From positions 1,408,001 to 1,472,000 of the forward strand of contig CAWGVS010000005.1 of NCBI GenBank assembly GCA_963826115.1: DNA of 64,000 nucleotides. Reading direction: 5' to 3'. The DNA comes from an uncultured Candidatus Rokubacteria bacterium (GTDB taxonomy: Bacteria > Methylomirabilota > Methylomirabilia > Rokubacteriales > DASRDR01). Shown here one piece after another: positions 1-7,642 of the stretch. The notes under the pieces are model-generated. The model was not told where the DNA came from and ran no database searches. It saw only the letters and a list, made by a program, of their open reading frames with translations. Every line of letters starts with the position of its first letter. The stretch's first letter is position 1. Position numbers and translations under genes: made by a program.

Positions 1-1
1 G

Positions 2-451
2 GCGACCTTCGACCTCATCATGGCGGTGAACGTGCGCGGCGTGTTCCTGGGGGCCAAGCACGTGGCCCCCGTGATGAAGCGTCAGCGCGCCGGCGTCATC
101 CTCGTGACCGCCTCGACCTCCGCCATCCGCCCCCGGCCTGGCGTCCAGTCGTACTCGGCCTCGAAGGGCGCCGTCGTCGCCCTCACGAAAAGCCTCGCCC
201 TCGAGCTCGCCCCGTTCGGGGTGCGGGCCGTGGCGATCGCCCCGGTGGCCACGGAGACGCCGATGCTGCCGCGGTTCTCCGGCAAGGAGCACGTGGACGA
301 CAGCCTCATGAGGAAGTACCTGCCCACGATCCCCCTCGGGCGGCTCAACCAGCCGGAGGACGTGGCGCGGACCGCGCTGTTCCTGGCCTCCGACGACGCC
401 GCGATGATCACCGGCGCCTGCGTCGAGGTGGACGGGGGCCGCTGCATCTGA
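2..451 (+). CDS. Short-chain dehydrogenase/reductase (5'-truncated by window edge)
   Basis: YSASK catalytic YxxxK motif, TAS strand, C-terminal 'LGRLNQPEDVA..LFLASD..ITG..VDGG'; reading frame is open to the window start. Confidence 0.92.
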   Translation, partial: ATFDLIMAVNVRGVFLGAKHVAPVMKRQRAGVILVTASTSAIRPRPGVQSYSASKGAVVALTKSLALELAPFGVRAVAIAPVATETPMLPRFSGKEHVDDSLMRKYLPTIPLGRLNQPEDVARTALFLASDDAAMITGACVEVDGGRCI

Positions 452-494
452 CCCCGGGCCCGGCACCTGGCCAGCCGTACCGGGAATGTTCGCC

Positions 495-519
495 CGGTTA
501 CACGCCGGCCCAGTAACCG
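495..519. promoter_or_regulatory. Inverted repeat CGGTTAC-N11-GTAACCG, candidate activator (UAS) site
   Basis: Perfect 7-bp dyad at 495-501/513-519 in an intergenic gap, about 90-110 bp upstream of a sigma54-like element. Confidence 0.3.
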
Positions 520-607
520 AGTCCCCTAGAATGAGGCTCGACGACGTGTCATCAAATCCATATGTTGGATGGGGTAGTCTCAGCTATATCTCGAAGCCAT
601 GACTGGC

Positions 608-624
608 CTGGCATCCCTCTTGTA
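608..624 (+). promoter_or_regulatory. Putative sigma54 (-24/-12) promoter
   Basis: CTGGCATCCCTCTTGTA = TGGCA-N6-TTG with correct GG-N10 spacing, but GT instead of GC at -12; preceded by an AT-richer tract; ATG at 646 follows. Confidence 0.4.
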
Positions 625-645
625 CAGCGCATGACCCGACTGGCG

Positions 646-2073
646 ATGCCACCACTCCGTCTCAGCCACCAGCTCGGCCTGGCCGTGGGAGGCCTCCTCC
701 TCGTGGTCGGCTCCCTGGTCGCCTGGAACCTGGTGGTCACCCGGCAGCTGACGGAGGCCCACCGGAACCTGGTGGACTCCGGGATCCCCGCCGTCCGGCT
801 CGAGGTCGGGCTCCTCGAGCACGTGGCCGCCCTCCGCCGGATGGAGGGCCGGTACCTCATCCTGAAGGACCCGGCCTTTCTCACGGTCTTCCGCGAACGC
901 CTCCGGGCGGCCGTCGGCGACCTGGACCGCCTCGAGGGCCTCCTCACCACTCCGCTGGAGCAGGACCTCCTGCGCCAGGCCCGGAAGTGCCTCGAGGAGT
1001 ACCGGCAGCTCCTCGAGGGCGGCACGCTCCCCACGCCAGGCCACGTCCACCCGGCAATCGAGGTCGAGAACGTGCTCGACCGCCTCTACCAGGCGTCCGC
1101 GGCCGAGCTCCGGCGCCGCCAGGCGGCGCTCGAGACGATGGCGTCGCGGACCCAGGCGCTCGGCGCGGCAGCCCTCGTGGCGGCGGGGCTCATCGGGCTC
1201 GGCCTCGCCGCCTTCGCGGTCCTGCGGGTGACCCAGCCCCTCCACCGGCTCCGAACGGCGACCCAGGCCGTCGCCGAGCGGGAGTTCTCCGAGCCCCTCC
1301 AGATCGCCGGGCCCAGCGAGATCCGCGATCTGACGAACGCCTTCAACGGGATGGCCAAGCGGCTCGGCGAGATCGACCGGCTCAAGGACGAATTCTTCAC
1401 CGGGATCTCGCACGACCTCCGCACGCCCCTCGCCGCGATCCGCTGGTCCGCCGATCTCCTCCATGCGGGATCGCTCGGCCCGCTCACGCCGAAGCAGACG
1501 CGCCTGACCGAGACCATCCAGTCGAGCAGCCGACGCCTCCTCACCCTCGTCGGCCAGATCGTCGAGCTCGGGCGGCTCCGCGCGGGACGCCTCCGGCTCG
1601 ATCTCCGCCCGCTCGACCTCCGCATCGTGATCGGACAGGCGATCGAGGAGGTGCGTCCCCTCGCCGATCGCGGCCAGCTCCGGCTCGACGTGGACATCGA
1701 TGATCTCCCGCCGGTCACCGCCGACGCAGACCGAGTCCAGGAAATCGTGGTCAACCTCCTGGCCAACGCGGTGAGCTTCACGCCGCCCGGTGGCCGCGTC
1801 CTCGTCAGCGTCGCCGCAGCACCGGACGAGGTGACGGTCCAGGTGGAGGACACCGGGGTCGGGATCCCCGCGGACCTCCTGGCCCGGATCTTCGAGCCCT
1901 ACGAGCAGGCACATCCGGGCAAGGGCGGGAGCGGCGTCGGCCTGATGATGGTGCGGGGGCTGGTCGAGGCGCACGGGGGGCGCGTGTGGGCCGAGTCCGA
2001 GGAAGGCCGGGGGAGCCGCTTCACCTTCACGCTTCCCGTGAAGGCGCCCCTGACGCGGGACGCGCTCACGTGA
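646..2073 (+). CDS. Sensor histidine kinase (2 TM, HAMP, HisKA, HATPase), GlrK/QseE-like
   Basis: H-box SHDLRTPL, N-box NLLANA, G1 DTGVGI, G2 GSGVGL, GRGSRFTF; two hydrophobic segments flanking a helical periplasmic domain; start could be 631 or 646. Confidence 0.92.
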   Translation: MPPLRLSHQLGLAVGGLLLVVGSLVAWNLVVTRQLTEAHRNLVDSGIPAVRLEVGLLEHVAALRRMEGRYLILKDPAFLTVFRERLRAAVGDLDRLEGLLTTPLEQDLLRQARKCLEEYRQLLEGGTLPTPGHVHPAIEVENVLDRLYQASAAELRRRQAALETMASRTQALGAAALVAAGLIGLGLAAFAVLRVTQPLHRLRTATQAVAEREFSEPLQIAGPSEIRDLTNAFNGMAKRLGEIDRLKDEFFTGISHDLRTPLAAIRWSADLLHAGSLGPLTPKQTRLTETIQSSSRRLLTLVGQIVELGRLRAGRLRLDLRPLDLRIVIGQAIEEVRPLADRGQLRLDVDIDDLPPVTADADRVQEIVVNLLANAVSFTPPGGRVLVSVAAAPDEVTVQVEDTGVGIPADLLARIFEPYEQAHPGKGGSGVGLMMVRGLVEAHGGRVWAESEEGRGSRFTFTLPVKAPLTRDALT

Positions 2074-2714
2074 GGGGCTGGCGCGTGGTTCCCCTGCTGC
2101 TGTTGCTCCTGTCCGCCTGCATGGGGCGGCAACAGGCCCCACGCGCCCTGCCGCCACCCGACGACGCGGATCGGGTGGTGAAGCTCGCCGAGACCCAGGC
2201 GGTGAGCGGCTCGCACACCGAGGCCGTGCGGCTCTTCGAAGAGGTCGCCCGCGACCCGACGTCGCCGTTCGTGGACCGGGCGCTCCTCGGGCTCACCCGG
2301 ACGCTGTGCCAGCCGGAGTACGCCGGGCGCGACTACAATCACGCCTTCGCCGTCGCCGACCGCCTGGTGCAGGACTACCCCGACTCGCCGTACGCGAGCG
2401 AGGGGCGCGCCTGGCGCGACCTCCTCGCCGCCTATCTCTCCACCGGGGAGGCGCTCGACCAGCGTACGCGTGACCTCGAGCAGCTCATCCGGGTCGACGT
2501 GCAGCGCACCCGCGAGCTCGAGCGGCTCAAGCGCTCCGACGCCGAGCTGGAGCGCCGGACCCGGGAGCTGGAGCGCCGCACCCAGGAGCTGGAGCGCTTG
2601 AAGCGGCTCGACCTCGAGCTCGAGAAGCGGACCCGCGAGCTCGAGCAGCGGACCCAGGAGCTGGAGCGCTTGAAGCGGCTCGACCTCGAGCTCGAGAAGC
2701 AGCGAAAGCCGTGA
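2070..2714 (+). CDS. Lipoprotein with TPR/BamD-like helices and C-terminal coiled-coil repeats (QseG-like architecture)
   Basis: GTG overlaps the kinase stop (GTGA); lipobox LLLLLSAC; 'LVQDYPDSPYA' TPR-like motif; heptad-like repeats 'TQELERLKRLDLELEK'. Confidence 0.8.
   Translation: MRGWRVVPLLLLLLSACMGRQQAPRALPPPDDADRVVKLAETQAVSGSHTEAVRLFEEVARDPTSPFVDRALLGLTRTLCQPEYAGRDYNHAFAVADRLVQDYPDSPYASEGRAWRDLLAAYLSTGEALDQRTRDLEQLIRVDVQRTRELERLKRSDAELERRTRELERRTQELERLKRLDLELEKRTRELEQRTQELERLKRLDLELEKQRKP
2580..2700 (+). repeat. Intragenic direct repeat, 72-nt period, two exact 49-nt copies
   Basis: ACCCAGGAGCTGGAGCGCTTGAAGCGGCTCGACCTCGAGCTCGAGAAGC at 2580-2628 and 2652-2700; a more degenerate copy lies at about 2508-2556. 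Confidence 0.9.
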
Positions 2715-3433
2715 CCGCGCCCCGCGCGCTCTGTCACGAGGCGCCCGAGCTCCTCGAGTTCGAGGCGACGGTTCTCGACGCCCGCCCGGGACGGGTCCGG
2801 CTCTCCCGCTCAGCCTTCTATCCCGGGGGCGGCGGGCAGCCCGTCGATCGGGGCGTCCTCCGCTGGGGAGGGGGCGAGGTACCGGTCGCGCGCCTCGAGG
2901 CGGAAGGCGACGTCTTCTGGCACGTGCTCGCCGAGCCCGTGCTGGTGGACGGGTCCGTGCTCGGCGTGGTGGACGCGACGTTCCGCCGGCAGATGTGCCA
3001 GCTCCACACCGATCTCCACATCGTGAACGCGCTGGCCTTCCAGGCCTTCGACGGCGCGCTCGTCACGGGGGCCCAGATCGGCGACGACGGCACCGCGCGG
3101 CTCGATCTCGACCTCCCGGGCGCCGACAACGACCGCGTCCGGGCGCTGGAGCCCGCCATCAACGAGGCGATCCGCCAGGACCTCGCCGTGCGCCAGGTCT
3201 ACGTGCCAGTCGAGGCCGCCGGCGCCGAGCGGGGGCTCCTCCGCAGCCGCTCGGTCGCGCCCCCGCCACAGGCCGACGGGACCTACCGCGTGATCGAGAT
3301 CGCCGGGCTGGACCGCCAGGCGTGCGGTGGCACGCATCTGTCCTCGACCGGGCAGTCGCCGCCGGTGCGCATCCTCAAGGTCGACAACAAGGGGCGCCAC
3401 AACCGGCGGATCCGCATCGGCTTCGCCGGCTGA
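2711..3433 (+). CDS. alaX: Alanyl-tRNA editing protein (AlaX family)
   Basis: FYPGGGGQP, HTDLH (HxxxH) and CGGTH zinc/editing motifs; C-terminal 'NKGRHNRRIRI'. Confidence 0.88.
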   Translation: MTAPRALCHEAPELLEFEATVLDARPGRVRLSRSAFYPGGGGQPVDRGVLRWGGGEVPVARLEAEGDVFWHVLAEPVLVDGSVLGVVDATFRRQMCQLHTDLHIVNALAFQAFDGALVTGAQIGDDGTARLDLDLPGADNDRVRALEPAINEAIRQDLAVRQVYVPVEAAGAERGLLRSRSVAPPPQADGTYRVIEIAGLDRQACGGTHLSSTGQSPPVRILKVDNKGRHNRRIRIGFAG

Positions 3434-3445
3434 CCGCGCTCCCGC

Positions 3446-4378
3446 TCAGGCGCCGAGCCGCCCTCCGCGCACTCGGGCGCGGGGGCCGGTCAGGAGCCGG
3501 CGCACGTCGGCCGCGTACGCGACCTCGCTGTCGTCCGCCGGCGCATAGCCGAGAACGCGCCGCGCGCTCTCGAGGGACCAGAAGGCGCGCGTGTTGCCGC
3601 TGATCCCGTAGACCACGAGCCACGGCACGCCGTCGGCGTTCCGGACGTCCCGGGTCTCGATCGCACGCCGGACGACCTGCCGGAGGTCGCGCGGGGACAG
3701 CCACGCGCCGAGATCCCGCTTGAAGTTGGCGAGCCCCGACGCCCCGGGGGCGACGTGCTGCTCGACGAGCTTCCCGAGGTAGCGGCGCCCCGACACGTCG
3801 CGCGGCGCGCCGATGCGGAGCAGCACTACCTCGAGCTGGCGGCCCAGGCTCCCCGACGCGTAGACGAACCCGAGCAGCTCGTACGCCGCCTTCGACCAGC
3901 CGTAGAAGTTGTCGGACAGCGGGAGGTCGTCAGGTGACACGAGGTCCTTCCGGCCGCGGTGCACCAGGGTGTGCTCGTACCAGTCGGCGGCGTGGTTCGA
4001 GCTGGCCGCCACGACGCGCCGCACCTTGGCGTCGAGCGCGCTCCGGTAGACGTTTTGGGCCATGCGGACGTTGGCGAGCTCACCGTCGAAGGTCTCGAGC
4101 GCGCCCGGATCGGCGCCCCAGACCCCCGTCGTCTTGACGTTGGGCGGCCGGTAGCCGAGGTGGAGAACGGCGTCGGCGCCACGGAAGAAGCGCGCGTAGC
4201 GGTCCCGATCCGGATGGGTGAGGTCGGCCACCTCGACGCCGGGCACCCGGCGGCCGCGCCGATCCGTCGGTCGCACGTCCACCAGCCGGAGCGCGTAGCG
4301 CCGCCGGAGGTCCGGCAGGAGCTGGGCCGCCACGTAGCCGCTCGCCCCCGTCACCAGCACGGTTTTCCGTCTCGCCAT
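3446..4378 (-). CDS. NAD-dependent epimerase/dehydratase (uronate dehydrogenase-like extended SDR)
   Basis: VLVTGASGYVA, ASSNH, YGWSK, LRIG, 'YGISGN'; GGAGG upstream of ATG at 4378. Confidence 0.85.
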   Translation of the reverse strand: MARRKTVLVTGASGYVAAQLLPDLRRRYALRLVDVRPTDRRGRRVPGVEVADLTHPDRDRYARFFRGADAVLHLGYRPPNVKTTGVWGADPGALETFDGELANVRMAQNVYRSALDAKVRRVVAASSNHAADWYEHTLVHRGRKDLVSPDDLPLSDNFYGWSKAAYELLGFVYASGSLGRQLEVVLLRIGAPRDVSGRRYLGKLVEQHVAPGASGLANFKRDLGAWLSPRDLRQVVRRAIETRDVRNADGVPWLVVYGISGNTRAFWSLESARRVLGYAPADDSEVAYAADVRRLLTGPRARVRGGRLGA

Positions 4379-4432
4379 GGAGTCCTCCCGTCCGGCATTC
4401 TCCCACGGGCCGCGGTGTACAATCGGCCCGTC

Positions 4433-5893
4433 ATGGCGCAGGCCGTCTTCCTCCAGACCTACGGCTGCCAGATGAACGAGCGGGACTCCGAGGAGATCCT
4501 CGGCATGCTCACCGCCCAGGGCTACGCCGTGGTCGACCGCGAGGAGGAGGCCGACGTCATCCTCCTGAACACGTGCTCGGTCCGCGCCCACGCCGAGGAG
4601 CGCGCGTTCGGGAAGATGGGCCTCATGCAGAAGCTCAAGCGCGAGCGCCCCGCTCTCGTCCTCGGCATCCTCGGCTGCATGGCCAAGGCGCAGCGCGAGG
4701 AGGTGTTCCGCCGCCTCCCGCAGGTCGACCTCGTCGCCGGGCCGGCGGAGATCTACGACCTGCCCGACCTCCTGGCGGGCGTGGCCGAGCGCAGGCAGCG
4801 CGCGGGGCTCGGCGGCGGCGCGCGCGTGCTGGCCGTCGACCGCAAGGTGCGGCCGCTCGACCGCCGACCGGCGACGGACTACCGGGCGGGCGAGGTCACG
4901 GCCTTCGTCACGATCATGGAGGGGTGCGACAAGAAGTGCGCCTACTGCATCGTGCCGACGACGCGCGGTCAGGAGGTGTCGCGGCCGCTCGACGAGATCC
5001 TCGACGAGGTCCAGCACCTGGCGCGCGCCGGCTACCGGCAGGTGACCCTGCTCGGGCAGAACGTGAACTCCTACGGCAAGCGCTTCCCCGACGGCTCGGG
5101 GTGGGTCGGTCCCGGCCGGCGACGGGCGCTCCTCCAGCTGTCGGCTCGCCCCGACGTCGCCGCGGACGCCGGCGAGGCGGATGCGAGCGGGCCCCGGCTC
5201 GTCGACTTCCCCGCCCTCCTGCGCGCGATCGACGGCAAGACCTCCATCGGCCGGGTGCGCTTCACGACCAGCCACCCGTTCGACGCCCACGAGGAGCTGT
5301 TCCAGGCGATGGCGGAGTGCCGGAGCGTCTGCGAGTTTCTCCACCTGCCGGTCCAGTCGGGCTCCGACCGCATGCTGCGCGCGATGCGCCGCGGCTACAC
5401 GGCCGAGAGCTACCTCGGGCAGATCGCCCGCCTCCGGGAGCTGGTGCCGCACGTCGCCCTGTCGACCGACATCATCGTGGGCTTCCCCGGCGAGACCGAA
5501 GCGGACTTCGAGGCGACGCAGGCGCTGATGGAACGCGTCCGCTACGACAGCGTGTTCGTCTTCAAGTACTCGCCGCGGCCCGGCACCGAGGCGTCCAGCT
5601 GGGCCGACGACGTGCCTCAGCCCGTCAAGGAGCAGCGGAACCAGGCCATCCTCGCGCTCCAGGCTCGGATCTCGCGTGAGCGGCTCGACACGTGGATCGG
5701 CCGCGAGGTCGAGGTGCTGGTCGAGGAGCGGAACCGCCGCGGCCAGCTGACGGGCAAGAGCCGCCGCAACACCACCGTCGTCCTCGAGGGCCCCGACGCG
5801 CTCATCGGGGAGCTGGTACACGTCCGGGCGAGCCGGGCCACCGACACGACCCTCGTCGGCGACCTCCTGGACCACGCCGCGCGGGTCCTGTGA
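4433..5893 (+). CDS. miaB: tRNA-2-methylthio-N6-dimethylallyladenosine synthase MiaB
   Basis: TYGCQMNERDSE, NTCSVR, GCMA, radical SAM CDKKCAYC, LGQNVNSY, HLPVQSGS, DIIVGFPGET, YSPRPGT, C-terminal TRAM domain. Confidence 0.96.
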   Translation: MAQAVFLQTYGCQMNERDSEEILGMLTAQGYAVVDREEEADVILLNTCSVRAHAEERAFGKMGLMQKLKRERPALVLGILGCMAKAQREEVFRRLPQVDLVAGPAEIYDLPDLLAGVAERRQRAGLGGGARVLAVDRKVRPLDRRPATDYRAGEVTAFVTIMEGCDKKCAYCIVPTTRGQEVSRPLDEILDEVQHLARAGYRQVTLLGQNVNSYGKRFPDGSGWVGPGRRRALLQLSARPDVAADAGEADASGPRLVDFPALLRAIDGKTSIGRVRFTTSHPFDAHEELFQAMAECRSVCEFLHLPVQSGSDRMLRAMRRGYTAESYLGQIARLRELVPHVALSTDIIVGFPGETEADFEATQALMERVRYDSVFVFKYSPRPGTEASSWADDVPQPVKEQRNQAILALQARISRERLDTWIGREVEVLVEERNRRGQLTGKSRRNTTVVLEGPDALIGELVHVRASRATDTTLVGDLLDHAARVL

Positions 5894-6456
5894 ACCGGCC
5901 CGGGGGCGCGCCCGCGGCGAGCCGGCTGGCGATGCCGGACTTCGTGGCCCGGATGCGGCGCCTCACCGAGCCGGTCGTGGACGCCCCGGGAATCCAGGCG
6001 TTCCTCGCCACACACCTGATCGAGCCGGCCTCGATCCAGCCCTACCTCCGCTTCACGGCCGACCGCTACACGCGGCACCTCGTGTTCAAGAGCGCCGCGG
6101 TCGAGCTCCTCGTCCTGTGCTGGGCGCGCAGGAGTCGCGCGCCGATCCACGGCCACGAGGGCGAGCTCTGCTGGGCCCGGGTCGAGCGGGGGCGCCTCCA
6201 CTTCTCGAGCTACCGGGAAGTGTCGCGGGAGCCGCTCCGCCTGGCGCCGCTGGGCGACCCGATCGACGGCGCGCCCGGCCATGTGGACGGCCCGGCCGAC
6301 ATCCACGCCGTCGAGACGGTGGGCGACGACGCGGTGAGCCTCCACGTCTACGTGAAGCCTTACGACGAGTGCGACATCTACGACGTCGCGCAGGGCGTCG
6401 TCCGGCGCGTCCGGCTCAGCTACGACTCGGTGCCGGACTCCCCGGTCGCCCCGTGA
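5890..6456 (+). CDS. Cysteine dioxygenase type I family (cupin)
   Basis: YTRHLV, LLVLCW, IHGHEGELC, DIHAV, AVSLHVY motifs; GTGA overlap with miaB stop (alternative start 5932). Confidence 0.85.
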   Translation: MNRPGGAPAASRLAMPDFVARMRRLTEPVVDAPGIQAFLATHLIEPASIQPYLRFTADRYTRHLVFKSAAVELLVLCWARRSRAPIHGHEGELCWARVERGRLHFSSYREVSREPLRLAPLGDPIDGAPGHVDGPADIHAVETVGDDAVSLHVYVKPYDECDIYDVAQGVVRRVRLSYDSVPDSPVAP

Positions 6457-6476
6457 GGGGCTGAAAGGACCAGGCC

Positions 6477-6881
6477 ATGTCGGACCGCAAATACCGTCAC
6501 CCGGGGTTCCGCGGCCAGAATCCCGGACCCCGGCCATCGGATCCGCCGCCGCGCACCGACGCACCGCGCGGCGGCATGCTCGCGTCGCGCACAGTCTCGC
6601 GCTGCGGAGCCTGCGGCGAGCTCCTGCCGATCGCGACGTCGTCGCTCGAGCAGTGCCCCAGCTGCCGGGCCGCCATCCACGCCTGCCGCCAGTGCGCGAA
6701 CTTCGACACGAGCCAGCGCTTCCAGTGCACGCAGCCCATCCCGGAGCGCATCGAGGACAAGGCCACGCGCAACGACTGCGCCTCGTTCTCGCTTCGGGTC
6801 AGCGTCGAGAAGAACGCGTCTCCCGACGGCAAGAGCGCGGCGGACATCCGCCGCGCGTTCGACAACCTGTTCAAGAAGTAG
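6477..6881 (+). CDS. Cys-rich, probably zinc-binding conserved hypothetical protein
   Basis: CGAC, CPSC, HACRQC, a single C and NDC (8 Cys); C-terminal 'AFDNLFKK'; AAAGGA upstream. Confidence 0.75.
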   Translation: MSDRKYRHPGFRGQNPGPRPSDPPPRTDAPRGGMLASRTVSRCGACGELLPIATSSLEQCPSCRAAIHACRQCANFDTSQRFQCTQPIPERIEDKATRNDCASFSLRVSVEKNASPDGKSAADIRRAFDNLFKK

Positions 6882-6927
6882 CCGGCGGCCTCGAGAGCCG
6901 GTTAGCGAAACCCCCAGAGGGGCTGCC

Positions 6928-7611
6928 GTGACGGGCCGTCGCGCCGCGCTTCCGATGCTCCTCGTCGTCGCGACGCTCCTCGGGCCCGGGCCGCCGGCCC
7001 AGGCGGGCGAGATCCATTTCACCTTCGGCCTCACGCGACCCATCGACGCCTGCGAGGAACGGGGCGCGATCGTGCGGTATCAGTCCGGCGGCCAGTGGTA
7101 CGAGATCCCGAGGGCCGACGTGCGCGAGATCACCGGGGTGACCTGTTCGGTTGTCGAGGCTCCCGCCCCGGCTCCTCCGCCCGAGTGGGAGCCCGACCGC
7201 TACGTGCGCATGGCGATGGCCGTCGCCCAGGCGGGCCAGCGGGGCGCCCTGGACGATGCCGAGCGCGGGTGCGGAGAGATCAGCCGGTACGTGCTGGCCA
7301 GCGCAACCGCGAGCCTCCACGCCTACGCCGATCTCCTCGGAGCGCTCCACCGGCCGGACGCGGGCTCGGCGCGCGAGCGCGCCGAGCGCCTCCAGAATGC
7401 GAGGCCCCAGCCCGGCGGGAGCGTCCCTCTCGGCTTCGACCCCTCGGCGGAGCTCCGTGCCTACGCCAGTCTTCTCCGGGAGGTCGGCCGGGCTCCCCTC
7501 GACGCGGCGAGCACGACCGCCCTGGCCGACGCGTGGCAGCGCACCAATCAGGCGGCGTACTACCGGGCGCAGGAGCAGGCGCGCGGCGTCGACACGAGGG
7601 GGCGCTGCTAG
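6928..7611 (+). CDS. Hypothetical exported protein (signal peptide, small beta domain, Pro linker, TPR-like helices)
   Basis: Signal ending PAQA; APAPAPPP linker; two similar helices 'LHAYADLL' and 'LRAYASLL'. Confidence 0.6.
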   Translation: MTGRRAALPMLLVVATLLGPGPPAQAGEIHFTFGLTRPIDACEERGAIVRYQSGGQWYEIPRADVREITGVTCSVVEAPAPAPPPEWEPDRYVRMAMAVAQAGQRGALDDAERGCGEISRYVLASATASLHAYADLLGALHRPDAGSARERAERLQNARPQPGGSVPLGFDPSAELRAYASLLREVGRAPLDAASTTALADAWQRTNQAAYYRAQEQARGVDTRGRC

Positions 7612-7642
7612 GAAAAGGCGGGCGCCCGGGCGGGTGGCGGCC

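Noticed and set aside
440-470. TGA after 'GGRCI' in the SDR as another Sec codon
   Set aside because: It falls at the normal SDR C-terminus and there is no homologous continuation
2508-2700. Direct repeats as a possible CRISPR array
   Set aside because: In-frame 72-nt period inside a CDS, the spacers resemble each other, and there are no cas genes
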